The translations under genes and the position numbers were made by a program. A stretch of DNA of 64,000 nucleotides from a bacterium (GTDB taxonomy: Bacteria > SAR324 > NAC60-12), in the NCBI GenBank assembly GCA_965205865.1, contig CBDBHR010000027.1, positions 32,001-96,000 on the forward strand. The letters are read 5' to 3'. Shown one piece after another: positions 20,136 through 31,749 of this stretch. Position 1 is the stretch's first letter, and every line of letters starts with the position of its first letter. A model generated the notes under the pieces. That model was given only the letters and a program-made list of their open reading frames with translations. It was not told the DNA's origin and made no database searches.

Positions 20136-20901
20136 CCTCTTAATTAGAGAAGGCAACATCTTCACCAGTAAATGTCAAACCCTGGTAAACACCGTCAATT
20201 GCGATGGCGTAATGGGAAGGGGCATCGCACTGGAGTTTCGCATACGTCGTCCTGCAATGTTCGTCCAATACGCAAGACACTGTAAGGCCAAACGTCTGGA
20301 CATCGGAAAGCTATGGATTTACAAACCGCCTCTTTGTGAGCAGGACAAAAGGTGGACGCTTAATTTCCCAACAAAACGGCATTGGAAATATCCATCCAGG
20401 AGAGAATATTTAGAATCAGGGTTGGAGAAATTCGTTGCTACCTACCGAGACCGGCACATTGAGTCAATCGCTTTTCCAACCTTGGGCACGGCTAATGGTG
20501 GTCTTTCCGAAAACGAAGTAATACCTTTGATGAAGAGCCACCTGAAAAAATGCGACGTACCGATAGAAATTTATCGCTACAAAGCCGACGCCATAGACGA
20601 TCTATACCTCGAATTTCGTAAGCGGATGCTGTCAGAAAAAAATGAGGAAGAAATGGCGAAGACCATGAACCTGCGGGTTGATCGGCTGAGGAGAATTCGG
20701 GATGCGGTGCATTCTGATCCGGAAATTAAGTCGCTCAGTCAATTGGCAAGAGTCCAGGGAATCGGATTGAAGTCGCTGGAGAAGTGCTTTCGCTTCGTTA
20801 TGGGAAAACTCAATAACGCTGAAACCGGAATACGAGAACCAGGACCCCGTTACGCAACGAATGATTCATTTGGTGATTCACAACAGACTTTCGTATTTTA
20901 A
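20128..20901 (+). CDS. darG: DarG-like macrodomain ADP-ribosylglycohydrolase
   Basis: GNIF..TLVNTVNCDGVMGRGIALEF, NFPTKRHW, SIAFPTLGTANGGL; ATG overlaps the darT end. Confidence 0.9.
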   Translation: MSNLLIREGNIFTSKCQTLVNTVNCDGVMGRGIALEFRIRRPAMFVQYARHCKAKRLDIGKLWIYKPPLCEQDKRWTLNFPTKRHWKYPSRREYLESGLEKFVATYRDRHIESIAFPTLGTANGGLSENEVIPLMKSHLKKCDVPIEIYRYKADAIDDLYLEFRKRMLSEKNEEEMAKTMNLRVDRLRRIRDAVHSDPEIKSLSQLARVQGIGLKSLEKCFRFVMGKLNNAETGIREPGPRYATNDSFGDSQQTFVF

Positions 20902-20970
20902 TGAAGCGGTATCTGCACACGAGAGAAGGCATTTTCGATTATCTCCCAGAAAAAGAAATCCAAAAGGACG

Positions 20971-22972
20971 CTACACTTCGTACCCGTAGGTTCCCTCGGA
21001 ATGGGTTCTACCCGGGATTTTGGAGATTCCCCGCTCGTTGCGGGTCAGGTACTCCAGTATTTTGAACGAAGTTCTGTGATCATCCGGATGATTGATGGCG
21101 GCAGTGATTTCCTCCAGAGTAAAATAGCGACCGGAATGAGATTGCAGGTATTGCAGGATTTTCGACTGCAGGTCGAGCACTGTACTTGCCGCTTTTTTTC
21201 CTGCTTCCACTCCGGGCTGATGGTAGGCGTTGATTTGAACGAGGGAGGCATAGTATCCCACCGCCCGTTCATACATAGCAATCAAGGCGCCTATGGTAGA
21301 GGCGTTGACTGCGTCGAGGGTGATCGTCATGGATTCCCGGTCGTTGTCATACAAGGCTTCCTCCGTACCCAGTAGGAAATCCTTGCAGGAAATCGCCTGT
21401 AGTGACGGAAGGTTCCACTTCCAAACTTTTTAACGGAAAGCAAGCCTTTTCCCCCTCCCTCCAGGGGAGGGGGATGCTTTTTCCGTCTTTTGAGGGGAGG
21501 GAAATGCTGTTTTCTTCGTCGTTCGAGGGGAGGGGGATGCTTTTTTCACCGTCTTTTGATGGGGAGGGAATTCTTTTTTCACCGTCGTTCGATGAGGAGG
21601 GAATTCTTTCTTCACCGTCGTTCGATGAGGAGGGAATTCTTTTTTCACCGTCGTTCGATGAGGGGGGAATTCTTTTTTCACCGTCGTTCGATGAGGGGGG
21701 AATGCTTTTTTCACCGTCTTTTGAGGGGAGGGGGATTCTTTCTTGGTCCTGGCTTTTTAATGGCGAGCCACCCTTTTCCCCCTCCCCTGACCCCTCCCTC
21801 CAGGGGAGGGGGATTCTTTTTTCACCGTCGTTCGAGGGGAGGGGGATTCTTTCTTGTAAGACTTGGATGAAGGTGACAAAGAAATCCGGCGCTCCCTCCC
21901 TCAACTGTTGAACAAAGGCGTGTTGATCGGTAGAGCCTTTGTTGCCATAAACGGTGATTCCCTGGTGAACGACCTCTCCCGAGAGATTTTTCTCTTTGCC
22001 CAGTGATTCCATGATCAATTGCTGCAAGTAGCGGCTCAAAAAAGCCAGGCGGTCCTTGTAAGGCAGAATCACCATGTTCTTATTTCCTTTTCCCTCTCCG
22101 GCGTAATACCACATCAATGCCAAAAGCGCGGAGGGGTTTTGTCGAACATCGGCTTGTCGGGTGATCTGGTCCATTTTGGCGGCTCCCGTTAGCAAGCCAT
22201 CGATCTCGATGCCTTCCAGGCAGGCGGGCAGTAAACCAACTGCGGAAAACACGGAGGTTCTTCCTCCCACCCAATCCCAGATTGGAAAGACGTCGAGCCA
22301 CCCTTCCGTCAAAGCCTTTTCTTCCAAAGCGCTGCCTGAACCCGTGATGGCGACGGCATGTCCGGCAAATTGCAACCCCGCCCTCCGGTAAGCCGCTTCG
22401 ACCTCCAGCATCCCATTGCGAGTTTCAACGGTTTCGCCTGATTTGGAAATCACCAGGACCAGTGTATCCGACAAGTCGGGTCCGATTTCCGCGAAAAGCA
22501 GGTCCATGCCATCAGGGTCGGTGTTGTCCAGACAATAAAATGCCATTCTGTTTTCCGATACGCCCAACGCTTGATGGATGAATTGCGGGCCCAGGGCAGA
22601 GCCGCCGATTCCCACCAGCAGGATTTTCTGAAAGGACTTGCCCGTTGGAGAATGAAGATTTCCCGCATGTATCTTGCCGGCAAAATTTTTGATTTCAGAG
22701 ATGTTTTTTTCAATCGCCGTTTGAATACGCCGGGAAGGCGCCAGGGTGGGATGACGCAACCAGTAGTGTCCCACCATACGATTTTCATGCGGATTGGCAA
22801 TGCATCCGTTCTCCAACGCATTCATTTTCGCAAAGGCGTTCTGCATGGGAGAGGTCATCTCTTCCAAGTATTGATGCGGAAATTTCATGTGGGAAATGTC
22901 CAGAACAAGACCAACAGAAGGATGGACGCAAAGATAATCCTGATAGCGTTGCCACAGCTCTTGTTTGTTCAT
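20971..22972 (-). CDS. pgi: Glucose-6-phosphate isomerase with a large repeat insertion and an apparent +1 frameshift near 21378
   Basis: [68 protein letters not shown]. Confidence 0.95.
21430..21850 (-). repeat. In-frame 39-bp tandem repeats (RIPxxSNDGEK-type) plus G/C palindromes inside pgi
   Basis: Repeated ttttttcaccgtcgttcgatgagg(g/a)gggaattc units; palindrome at ~21777-21812, partial copy ~21451-21473. Confidence 0.95.
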
Positions 22973-23214
22973 TGCGCTTGCAATTCTCATTTGAAATGAA
23001 AGCGATCGGATTTGAAAAGAGCATGGCACACTCCCGGACAAAATCAAATACAAAGCGCGGCAGAACTCCTCATGCTCTCCAAGATGGAGATTGTGTTTTG
23101 ATGAAGTAGAGGTACTCTTTTTCAAATAAATGCGTATGTTGTGACAGCCTTGCATTCTGTCGTCCGCGTACCAGGATTTACTTTTCTGCCACAAGCGACT
23201 ATAAAATTTCCACC

Positions 23215-23763
23215 ATGTTCGAGAATACCGACATTTCCCTCATTCTACGTGCGTTTCGTTTTGCTGCCCAAAAACACCGGAAGCAACGTCGTAAAGATGG
23301 TGAAACTCCTTATATCAATCACCTGATCGACGTGGCGGAAGTACTGTGGCGTGATGGAAATGCGCGAGACCCTGAAATCATTGTCGCAGGTATTCTGCAT
23401 GATACTCTGGAAGACACGCAATCCACTCCCGAAGAAATTCGAAGTCACTTCGGTGAAAAAATACTGGCATGGGTGCAGGAAGTCTCTGATGATAAGAGCC
23501 TTCCCAAAGAGGAATGCAAGCAATTGCAAATCATGCGCGCCTCCTCTTCCAGCGATGGCGCCAAACATATCAAGATTGCGGATAAGATTTGCAACATTGG
23601 CGATTTACTCCGCAATCCCCCGGCCGATTGGCCTTTGGAACGCATTCAGCAGTATCTCCGATGGAGCAATCAGGTGATGGCAGGTTTACGAGGTTGCAAT
23701 GCGCAGTTGGAATTTGTTTATGACGAAACAATGGAAGCCGTTTCAAAAGAGTACGGACTGTAA
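23215..23763 (+). CDS. HD-domain protein, Mesh1/small alarmone hydrolase-like
   Basis: [33 protein letters not shown]. Confidence 0.88.
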   Translation: MFENTDISLILRAFRFAAQKHRKQRRKDGETPYINHLIDVAEVLWRDGNARDPEIIVAGILHDTLEDTQSTPEEIRSHFGEKILAWVQEVSDDKSLPKEECKQLQIMRASSSSDGAKHIKIADKICNIGDLLRNPPADWPLERIQQYLRWSNQVMAGLRGCNAQLEFVYDETMEAVSKEYGL

Positions 23764-23770
23764 CAGCAAT

Positions 23771-25987
23771 ATGAAATTCCTCTCCCGGATTCGTTTGATT
23801 GACCGTGTGGGAACCCTCACGATTGTTTCGCTGGTATTCCTCCTGGCGTTCCATTTTCCATGGGAAGCGAGCGGCGAGGGTACGACGCGAACCACAAAGT
23901 ACAATCGCTTGATTCATGAAAAAAGCCCTTATCTCCGGCAGCACCTGGACAATGCCATTTGGTGGTATCCATGGGGAGAAGAAGCTTTCCAGGCAGCCCG
24001 TGAGGAAAACAAGCCGGTTTTTCTCTCGATTGGTTATTCCACCTGCCATTGGTGTCACGTGATGGAGGGTGATTCCTTCGCGGACGAAGCAGTGGCCGCC
24101 ATGCTCAATGAACATTTCATTGCCATCAAGGTCGACCGGGAGGAGCGCCCTGACGTGGATCAGATTTACATGGATATCCTTCTGGCCATGCGTGGACAAG
24201 GAGGGTGGCCCGTTTCCATGTTCCTGACTGTAGAGCGAGTGCCCTTCATGGGCGCAACCTTTATCCCCCGGGAACGATTCATCCCTCTGCTTCGTCAAAT
24301 CGCCACCTTGTGGAAAAATGAGCGCAGCCGTATCGAGGAGATCGGGCTGGGGGTATCGACTTGGCTTGCGCAAGAGGAAAACAGCGGTTTTGCCAATGCG
24401 CCTCTTCCCCATGAAGAAGTATTGCGAAGATATTTCCATCAAATTCAACAAAGTTTTGATTCCCATTATGGGGGATTCGGCCAGCATCCCAAGTTTCCCA
24501 ACGTCATGCAGTTGCGTTTGTTGCTACGCATTTACAAACGGACGAATCATCAGAAAGCCCTGGAGATGGCGCGAAAAACCCTGGATGGCATGGCCAGAGG
24601 AGGGATTCATGACCATTTGGGAGGGGGATTCCACCGCTACTCCACCGATCGAAAATGGCGCATCCCCCACTTTGAGAAAATGCTCTACGACAATGCCTTG
24701 CTGTCCCTCGTCTACTTGGAAGCCTATCAGGTCACTCGAAATGAAGAATACGCTTCTGTGGCAAGACGCACTCTCGACTACGTCCTGCGGGACATGACCC
24801 ATCCCCTGGGAGGATTTTATTCCGCCGAAGATGCCGACAGCGAAAAAACAGAGGGGAAATTCTATGTCTGGACAGAAAAAGAACTCAGGCAGGTTCTCAC
24901 TCCCCGGGAATTTGAACGGATTGCTCGAGTCTATCACGTGACGATTGAAGGAAATTTCAATCCGGAGGCTCGTATTCAAGCAATTGAAGAAAAAGCAGGG
25001 ATGAAATCGGTCAAACAAGCAAACATTCTTTTTGTCGACGTCGATGCCGAACTGCCCGATTTAACGGACCCGTTGCTCCGGCAGGCGCACCAGAAACTGT
25101 TTGAAGTCCGCGCAAAACGGGTGCGTCCTCAATTGGACGACAAAATTCTGAGCGCGTGGAATGGTTTGATGATTTCCGCGATGGCCAAGGGGTATCAAAC
25201 GCTGAGAGAGCAAAAATACCTGGATGCATCCCGCAAAGCAGCCCGCTTTTTGCTCGACAACATGAGAAAGTCGGATGGTTCCCTGCTGCGTCGCTGGAGA
25301 AACGGAGCGGTTGAATACAACGGGTACCTGAATGATTACGCCTACTTGATTCAAGGATTGCTCTCCCTCTATCAAAGCGATTTCGATCAATATTGGTATC
25401 AAAGCGCATTAGAACTCCAGAAGCATCAGGACGCCTTGTTCCGGGATGAAATCAACGGTTCTTACTTCTTCAGCGATGGCAGGGACGCGACTCTCCTCCA
25501 GCGTAAAAAGACCTTTTCCGACAATTCGCTTCCCTCCGGAAACGCGATTGCCGTCTTGAATTTACTTCAGATCGCCGATTTGTCATTGCAGTGGGAATTG
25601 AGAAAAAAAGCCGCTCGCATTATCAGTCATCATGGATTGCAAATGATGGAAAACCCCGTGTTATATTCCCAGATGCTGGTCGGCCTGGATTATCTGCTTG
25701 ATCGTGCCAAGGAAATTGCGCTCATTGGTCCTCCTCAACACGACTCGACCCAACGGATTGTCCAGGCTTTGCATCGTCAGTTCCTTCCTAACAAAGTCCT
25801 GGCCATGGGGCCTCCTGTCGAAGAGGAGCAAGATGCGGACACTACCATTCCACTCCTTTTCAACAAACCGATGTTTCAAGGCGAACCAACCGCCTATGTC
25901 TGTGAAAATAATATTTGTCGACTGCCAACCCATGATCTGAAGAAAATCATACTCCTGGTGAACGAACACAAAGCGTATCCTTTATGA
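23771..25987 (+). CDS. Thioredoxin-domain protein, YyaL/DUF255 family
   Basis: [47 protein letters not shown]. Confidence 0.93.
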   Translation: MKFLSRIRLIDRVGTLTIVSLVFLLAFHFPWEASGEGTTRTTKYNRLIHEKSPYLRQHLDNAIWWYPWGEEAFQAAREENKPVFLSIGYSTCHWCHVMEGDSFADEAVAAMLNEHFIAIKVDREERPDVDQIYMDILLAMRGQGGWPVSMFLTVERVPFMGATFIPRERFIPLLRQIATLWKNERSRIEEIGLGVSTWLAQEENSGFANAPLPHEEVLRRYFHQIQQSFDSHYGGFGQHPKFPNVMQLRLLLRIYKRTNHQKALEMARKTLDGMARGGIHDHLGGGFHRYSTDRKWRIPHFEKMLYDNALLSLVYLEAYQVTRNEEYASVARRTLDYVLRDMTHPLGGFYSAEDADSEKTEGKFYVWTEKELRQVLTPREFERIARVYHVTIEGNFNPEARIQAIEEKAGMKSVKQANILFVDVDAELPDLTDPLLRQAHQKLFEVRAKRVRPQLDDKILSAWNGLMISAMAKGYQTLREQKYLDASRKAARFLLDNMRKSDGSLLRRWRNGAVEYNGYLNDYAYLIQGLLSLYQSDFDQYWYQSALELQKHQDALFRDEINGSYFFSDGRDATLLQRKKTFSDNSLPSGNAIAVLNLLQIADLSLQWELRKKAARIISHHGLQMMENPVLYSQMLVGLDYLLDRAKEIALIGPPQHDSTQRIVQALHRQFLPNKVLAMGPPVEEEQDADTTIPLLFNKPMFQGEPTAYVCENNICRLPTHDLKKIILLVNEHKAYPL

Positions 25988-28833
25988 AAATTGGCAGTTA
26001 CCAGCCAGAAAAGGGCCTGATGGATATTATTTCTTTTTCAAAAAAAGGAGCCTGGAGCAACAGTTTTCGTTTTGAGGACGTCAAGTGTCTGATTGTCTGC
26101 CGGGGGCCGATTCGCAAAGAAGCCCTGGAGGTCTTCGAAGCAATGGGCGTTCAACCTTCCGGCATTCTTTTGTCTGAAAAAGACAGTTTGGTCTATGCCA
26201 AAACCCTGGCACCCGAGTTGCGTTTCATCTCCCCGCGACATGAACGGGTTCATGCTATCACTGATTATACAGGGGGCACTAAAGAAGAACGGGCAGAGCG
26301 TATTCAACAAATCCTGGAAATTTGCCATGAACATCACTACACCCATGTGTTTGCCGGATACGGCTTCATGGCCGAAGATCCGGTATTCATTTCGGCCATT
26401 GAAAAAGCCGGCATCGGATTTATCGGTCCCCATTCGAGTATCGTACAAAAGGCGGGTACAAAGGATGAAGCCAAACGCCTGGGAGTTGAACTGGGAATTT
26501 CCGTTGTTCCCGGAGTGGACAACATCACAGCACTGACTTTGTTGCATAAAGCAAAGGGAAGTCCACAAAGCTATTTTCGAAAATTGATTGATCAACATGG
26601 TCTGAAAGTCGATCTTGATATTGAAAACAAGACGGCGGAACAAATAAGTGAGCAGGTGCTGCAAGCCTCCTATATACGACAAATTGATCTGATTTCCATA
26701 GGAGAGCTCCAGGAGGAAACGGAACGGCAGGTCCGAATGATCTGGGAAAAACAGCCTACCTCCCGCATTCGTTTCAAACACGTCGGCGGTGGCGGTGGCA
26801 AAGGGCAACGCATTATTGCAACCCCGGATCAAGTAGCGGATGCGGTGATGGAAGTCTTGATTGAATCCCAAGCCATCGGGGTGGGAGATAATAAGAATTT
26901 CGTGATTGAACGGAATATCGAAGACACCCGGCACAATGAAATTCAACTCCTGGGAAACGGGGATTGGTGCATCGCCTTGGGAGGTCGGGATTGCTCTCTG
27001 CAAATCCACGAACAAAAACTGCTGGAAACCTCACTCACCGCAGAGCTTCTGCAAGAGGCGGCTCAGACCTGTCAGACCCAGGGTCTGACGCGTCAGGCGG
27101 AGACTTTGATCAACGATATGGAAACTCTGGAAAAGATGTGTAAAGACGCGGAGAGTTTTGGACAAGCTATTCAACTCGATTCAGTCTCGACCTTTGAATG
27201 CATTGTGGATGGCGCCTCGCATTATTTCATGGAAACCAATACTCGCATTCAAGTCGAACACCGGGTGACGGAAATGGCTTATTCCCTCAAATTCGTCAAT
27301 CCGCACGATTCTGAAGAGTTTTTCATTCTCGATTCTCTGGTGGCTGCCATGTTGCTTGTTGCCTGTCATGGTATGCGGGTTCCCAAGCCAGACCGTCTTC
27401 CACGTTACATTTCAGGTGCAGAAGCGAGGATCAACGCCATGAATGCGGCTCTTCAGCCTCATGCCGGTGGGGTTCTGCATTACTGGTCTCCTCCCGTTGA
27501 AGGAGAATTGCGAGACGATCAAGGGATCGGCATTCTCAATCCGGATACGCAATTATTCCAGCACTATCAGCTGGCCGGTGGATATGACGCCAATGTGGCC
27601 CTGGTTGTTTGCGCAGGGCGCTCCCGCTTGGAAAACTTGCGACGATTGGCGGAAAGTCTGCGCCGGATGGAGGTGCGGGGAGAGAATGTCCGGCTCAATA
27701 TTGATTTTCACTATGGCCTGTTGCATTGGCTGATCGGCAATGACGTGATGTCTAAAACCAACACCCGCTTTGTTCTCTCCTACTTGGCGATGACCGGCAA
27801 GTTGGTTGAGATTGTTGCTCCTTTGAATTTAACAATGGCGTGGAAATTTTTACAAAACTCAGTGAGGGAATCGGCAGGGAAAGAGGGACAATCCGAATTG
27901 GACAGTAAATCAAATTTGATTCTACGTCCACTGGGGCGGATGCTGGAAAACGCGCATCTGCTGGTCGGCTGGTTGGCATCCGGTTTCCAAAAGCAGTTTT
28001 TTTATGAAAACAAGCGATTCCATTGGAGAGTAAATCCGTTAAAAATTCTCCACGATCTCTATCATTATTTACGACTTGAAGAACGCCCTCACGTACCGGC
28101 AGCCCATAAGATCTGGCCGGAAGATCAGCAACTGCTCGAGACGGGTTTGGCCTTCTATGAAGAATTGCGGATTCGGCTGGGAGACCCTGAAATGCCCTGG
28201 AGCCGGCTGGAAGCATTGCTCATGCAAAGCAACTCCCCCCCTCAGTTTTCTCCTGCGCCACAGTGGAATGAAATCCGGATGTGCCATCGTGGATTTCAAT
28301 TGGGAATGGATTTGTTGAAACTACCCCTGTTGATTGCCAGGAAAGCGCAGTATTTTGAATTTCGTTCCAATGAAGACCTGACGATAGAGATACCCTCCTC
28401 TTTCAAAGATCTGAAAGAAATCAATCGCCTGATTCAAAACCTGGCCCCCGCTCCTCCAGCCAGCGGATATGAAATTTTCGGTTGGACCGGAGGAACCTTT
28501 TATACGAAAGAAACACCAAATGCGCCCCCTTATGTTCAGGCAGGCGACCATTTTGAGAAAGGTGACACTCTGGGAATTCTGGAAGTGATGAAAATGTTCA
28601 ATCCGATCATTGCTGAATTTTCAGGAACAATCAAAAAGGTCGTTGTGGATGGAAACAACGGGGTTGTCGTTCGCCGGGGACAAGTGCTTTTTGAAGTCGA
28701 GCCCGATGCCCCCCCTACCCATACCTCTGCGGAAGAGATCAGAACCCGGCAATTACGCCATACGCGACATTTGATGGCATGCTTGATCCCCTCCCCGCAA
28801 TCAGCCAATACATATAAAAAGCGCCAGCATTGA
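25984..28833 (+). CDS. Biotin carboxylase fused to a biotin carboxyl carrier domain
   Basis: [36 protein letters not shown]-terminal LEVMKMFN biotinyl-lysine motif. Confidence 0.9.
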   Translation: MKIGSYQPEKGLMDIISFSKKGAWSNSFRFEDVKCLIVCRGPIRKEALEVFEAMGVQPSGILLSEKDSLVYAKTLAPELRFISPRHERVHAITDYTGGTKEERAERIQQILEICHEHHYTHVFAGYGFMAEDPVFISAIEKAGIGFIGPHSSIVQKAGTKDEAKRLGVELGISVVPGVDNITALTLLHKAKGSPQSYFRKLIDQHGLKVDLDIENKTAEQISEQVLQASYIRQIDLISIGELQEETERQVRMIWEKQPTSRIRFKHVGGGGGKGQRIIATPDQVADAVMEVLIESQAIGVGDNKNFVIERNIEDTRHNEIQLLGNGDWCIALGGRDCSLQIHEQKLLETSLTAELLQEAAQTCQTQGLTRQAETLINDMETLEKMCKDAESFGQAIQLDSVSTFECIVDGASHYFMETNTRIQVEHRVTEMAYSLKFVNPHDSEEFFILDSLVAAMLLVACHGMRVPKPDRLPRYISGAEARINAMNAALQPHAGGVLHYWSPPVEGELRDDQGIGILNPDTQLFQHYQLAGGYDANVALVVCAGRSRLENLRRLAESLRRMEVRGENVRLNIDFHYGLLHWLIGNDVMSKTNTRFVLSYLAMTGKLVEIVAPLNLTMAWKFLQNSVRESAGKEGQSELDSKSNLILRPLGRMLENAHLLVGWLASGFQKQFFYENKRFHWRVNPLKILHDLYHYLRLEERPHVPAAHKIWPEDQQLLETGLAFYEELRIRLGDPEMPWSRLEALLMQSNSPPQFSPAPQWNEIRMCHRGFQLGMDLLKLPLLIARKAQYFEFRSNEDLTIEIPSSFKDLKEINRLIQNLAPAPPASGYEIFGWTGGTFYTKETPNAPPYVQAGDHFEKGDTLGILEVMKMFNPIIAEFSGTIKKVVVDGNNGVVVRRGQVLFEVEPDAPPTHTSAEEIRTRQLRHTRHLMACLIPSPQSANTYKKRQH

Positions 28834-29171
28834 ATGCATTCTTTCTCTCCCGGACAATCAGATAAACCGGCTTTCAAAGAGAAAACCGGTTGGGAACTTG
28901 CAATCCGTAGTCAGGTGATTCAAATTTATTTTATAAAATCGCCAATTTTAATGAATTTATAATATTTTGACCTCGAATTCAAATATATAATCTCTATCTC
29001 AATTTTTTTGTGAGAAGTTGCAGTGGAAAATTTATTTTGCTCCCAATAAATGAAAATTCAAGATAAGAGTTGACACTATGATCAAGAACATCTATAAATA
29101 ACACCTGTTTTTCAAAGAATATTTTTCAGTCATAGAAGGTCCAGAAAAAGGGCTCTGATAGAAAGGGGAAA

Positions 29172-30884
29172 ATGATGAATGGTTCGGAGGTAGTAATCGA
29201 AGCACTGGAACGGGCAGGCGTGGAATATGTGTTTGGTTATCCCGGTGGGGCTTGCATGCCGATATTTGATGCCTTGTTTGATTCAAAAAAGTTGAAGTTG
29301 ATTTTGGTGCGCCATGAACAGGGAGCGGCGCATATGGCTGATGGCTATGCCCGGGCCACCGGCAAGCCCGGGGTTGTATTGGTGACTTCCGGACCCGGGG
29401 CGACCAATACGGTCACGGGGCTATTAACGGCTCAAATGGACTCGTCTCCGATTCTGGTATTGACAGGGCAGACCTTGACTCCGAACCTGGGCAAAGATGC
29501 TTTTCAGGAAGGAGATATTTTCGGTATCACCATGCCGGTAGTGAAGCACAGTTATCTGGTTAAGCAAGTCAATGATCTTCCCCGAATTATGACCGAAGCG
29601 TTTTATATCACATCCACAGGTCGTCCTGGTCCGGTACTGGTCGATTTACCCAAAGACGTGGTCAGTGCCGAATGCGCAACCACCTTCCCCAACGAATTGG
29701 ATCTTCCTGGCTATGCTGGCGATCCTAAGCTCCAATTCAGTGTGGAGCAGGTGAAAAAGGCGGCGAAATTGTTGAACGAATCCAAACGTCCTTTGTTGTA
29801 TGTTGGTCATGGGGCCGTCATATCAGGTGCTGGGAAGGCGATTTCAAAGTTGGCAAAAAAACTATGCGCGCCTGTGACAACGACCTTGTTGGGAAAAGGA
29901 TCATTTCCTGAAACAGATGACCTTTCAGTGGGAATGCTGGGCATGCATGGCACTGCTTATGCGAATAAAGCGGTCGTTGACTGTGATTTGATTTTTGCCA
30001 TCGGGGCTCGTTGGGACGACCGCATCACTGGAAAAGTGGATGAATTTTGCCCCGATGCCAAAAAACTGCATATTGACATCGATCCGGCAGAATTTGGCAA
30101 AATTGTTCAACCCGACGTGTCAATTCAGGGAGACGCTCGAATTGTTGTCGAAGAGTTATGCAAGCATGTCAAAAGACTGGACACAAAGCAATGGTTCAAA
30201 CAAATCAACCAGTGGAAAAAACAATATCCCTTGAAATACCCGAAGCGAGGAGGATTACGCGCTCAGCACGTACTCGACGAACTGTATCGTCTCACGGAAG
30301 GGAAAGCCGTCGTCACGACTGATGTCGGGCAGCACCAGATGTGGGCGGCCCAGTTCTACAAATGCTCACGGGAACGTCAATGGATTTCCAGTGGTGGCGC
30401 GGGGACGATGGGATTCGGCTTTCCTGCCGCAATCGGAGCACAGCTCGGAAGACCTGATGAATTGGTATTGGCCATTGTCGGAGATGGGGGGTTCCAAATG
30501 ACTGAGGCCGAACTTGCGACGGCAGCCATCCATAAACTGCCTATCAAAATCCTCATCATCAACAATGCGTATTTGGGTATGGTGCGGCAATGGCAGCAAT
30601 TGTTTTTTGAAAATCGTTTGAGTGGCGTTGATCTGGACGGCAATCCTGATTTTGTCAAGTTGGGTGAAGCATATGGCATCCGGGGATACCACATTCGTCG
30701 TCAGGGGGATGTCACCCGTATTTTAAAAAAAGCGTTGGCGTACAATGAGGGGCCCTGCATCATCGATGCAGTCGTCATGAAAGAAGACAATGTCTACCCC
30801 ATGATTCCGGCAGGGGCGCCGGTCAAAGACATGCTGATCGAAGCACCCGAGTTTCAAATGGAAAAACCAACCGGCAGTACCTGA
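29172..30884 (+). CDS. ilvB: Acetolactate synthase large subunit
   Basis: [56 protein letters not shown]. Confidence 0.97.
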   Translation: MMNGSEVVIEALERAGVEYVFGYPGGACMPIFDALFDSKKLKLILVRHEQGAAHMADGYARATGKPGVVLVTSGPGATNTVTGLLTAQMDSSPILVLTGQTLTPNLGKDAFQEGDIFGITMPVVKHSYLVKQVNDLPRIMTEAFYITSTGRPGPVLVDLPKDVVSAECATTFPNELDLPGYAGDPKLQFSVEQVKKAAKLLNESKRPLLYVGHGAVISGAGKAISKLAKKLCAPVTTTLLGKGSFPETDDLSVGMLGMHGTAYANKAVVDCDLIFAIGARWDDRITGKVDEFCPDAKKLHIDIDPAEFGKIVQPDVSIQGDARIVVEELCKHVKRLDTKQWFKQINQWKKQYPLKYPKRGGLRAQHVLDELYRLTEGKAVVTTDVGQHQMWAAQFYKCSRERQWISSGGAGTMGFGFPAAIGAQLGRPDELVLAIVGDGGFQMTEAELATAAIHKLPIKILIINNAYLGMVRQWQQLFFENRLSGVDLDGNPDFVKLGEAYGIRGYHIRRQGDVTRILKKALAYNEGPCIIDAVVMKEDNVYPMIPAGAPVKDMLIEAPEFQMEKPTGST

Positions 30885-30934
30885 TCCGATGTGAAAAAAA
30901 AGTGATCGTCGTAATGGAAAAATGAGATGAAGCA

Positions 30935-31453
30935 ATGACGAACGAAATAGAGTGGCAAGAAATCCAAGATCCCAAAACCATCAGCATCATGGTCAACAAC
31001 AAACCAGGGGTTTTGATGCGCCTTGCCCAAACATTTGCCAGGCGGGGTTACAACATCGACTCCTTGGTGGTTTCCCGCGCGCACGACCCTCGATTTTCAC
31101 GAATCACCATTGTGACCCAAGGCGATCCGCAGGGTTTCGACCAAATCATCCGGCAATTGAACAAATTGATCGACGTGGTACATGCCTATCACCATGTTTC
31201 AGAGAGTTCCGTAGAGAGAGAATTGGCTTTGTTCAAAATGAGCGCCAACAGCGAAGACCGGGTGGAGGTAATTCAAATCGCAGAGGTTTTCCGGGCAAAA
31301 ATAGTCGACTTCACAGAGGAATCTTTGATTTTGGAAGCCACGGGCACTACCGAGAAGCTCGATGCGCTGGAAAAAATACTCAATCCTATCGGAATAATTG
31401 AAATGGTTCGTTCGGGAAAGGTGATCGTTGCCAGAGGCTTGGAAGCCACTTGA
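30935..31453 (+). CDS. ilvN: Acetolactate synthase small subunit
   Basis: NKPGVL.R....FARRGYNIDSL ACT motif, QLNKLIDV, EMVRSG. Confidence 0.95.
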   Translation: MTNEIEWQEIQDPKTISIMVNNKPGVLMRLAQTFARRGYNIDSLVVSRAHDPRFSRITIVTQGDPQGFDQIIRQLNKLIDVVHAYHHVSESSVERELALFKMSANSEDRVEVIQIAEVFRAKIVDFTEESLILEATGTTEKLDALEKILNPIGIIEMVRSGKVIVARGLEAT

Positions 31454-31505
31454 GAAAAGAAAGAAAGGAAAGCCACAGGTTACTTTCCCATGGCTCTCCC
31501 CACAC

Positions 31506-31748
31506 TCAATCTAAAAAACGATCGAGTAAAAATCGATTGATCACCTCCGACTCCCGCATGGCTTGCCCATCAATTTTGAGAGTAGGTACCTGACGGTCCC
31601 CACAGAGCGCAATCAATTCTTTTTCAAATTGCGGATTTTCACGGATATTTTTCATGGTGATTTGATCTCCAATCTTTAAATTGTTGATGATATTCAAAAC
31701 ACTCTGTGAAAATCCACATTCGTTGTAATAGTACAATTCCAATGGCAT
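31506..31748 (-). CDS. Glutaredoxin-like protein (CGFS)
   Basis: LELYYYNECGFS, QVPTL.IDG..MRES; starts 1 nt after the peroxiredoxin stop. Confidence 0.85.
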   Translation of the reverse strand: MPLELYYYNECGFSQSVLNIINNLKIGDQITMKNIRENPQFEKELIALCGDRQVPTLKIDGQAMRESEVINRFLLDRFLD

Positions 31749-31749
31749 T

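Noticed and set aside
22973-23194. N-terminal extension of Pgi in the ORF track
   Set aside because: Pgi-like sequence starts at [10 protein letters not shown] (22972); the upstream part is the divergent intergenic region.
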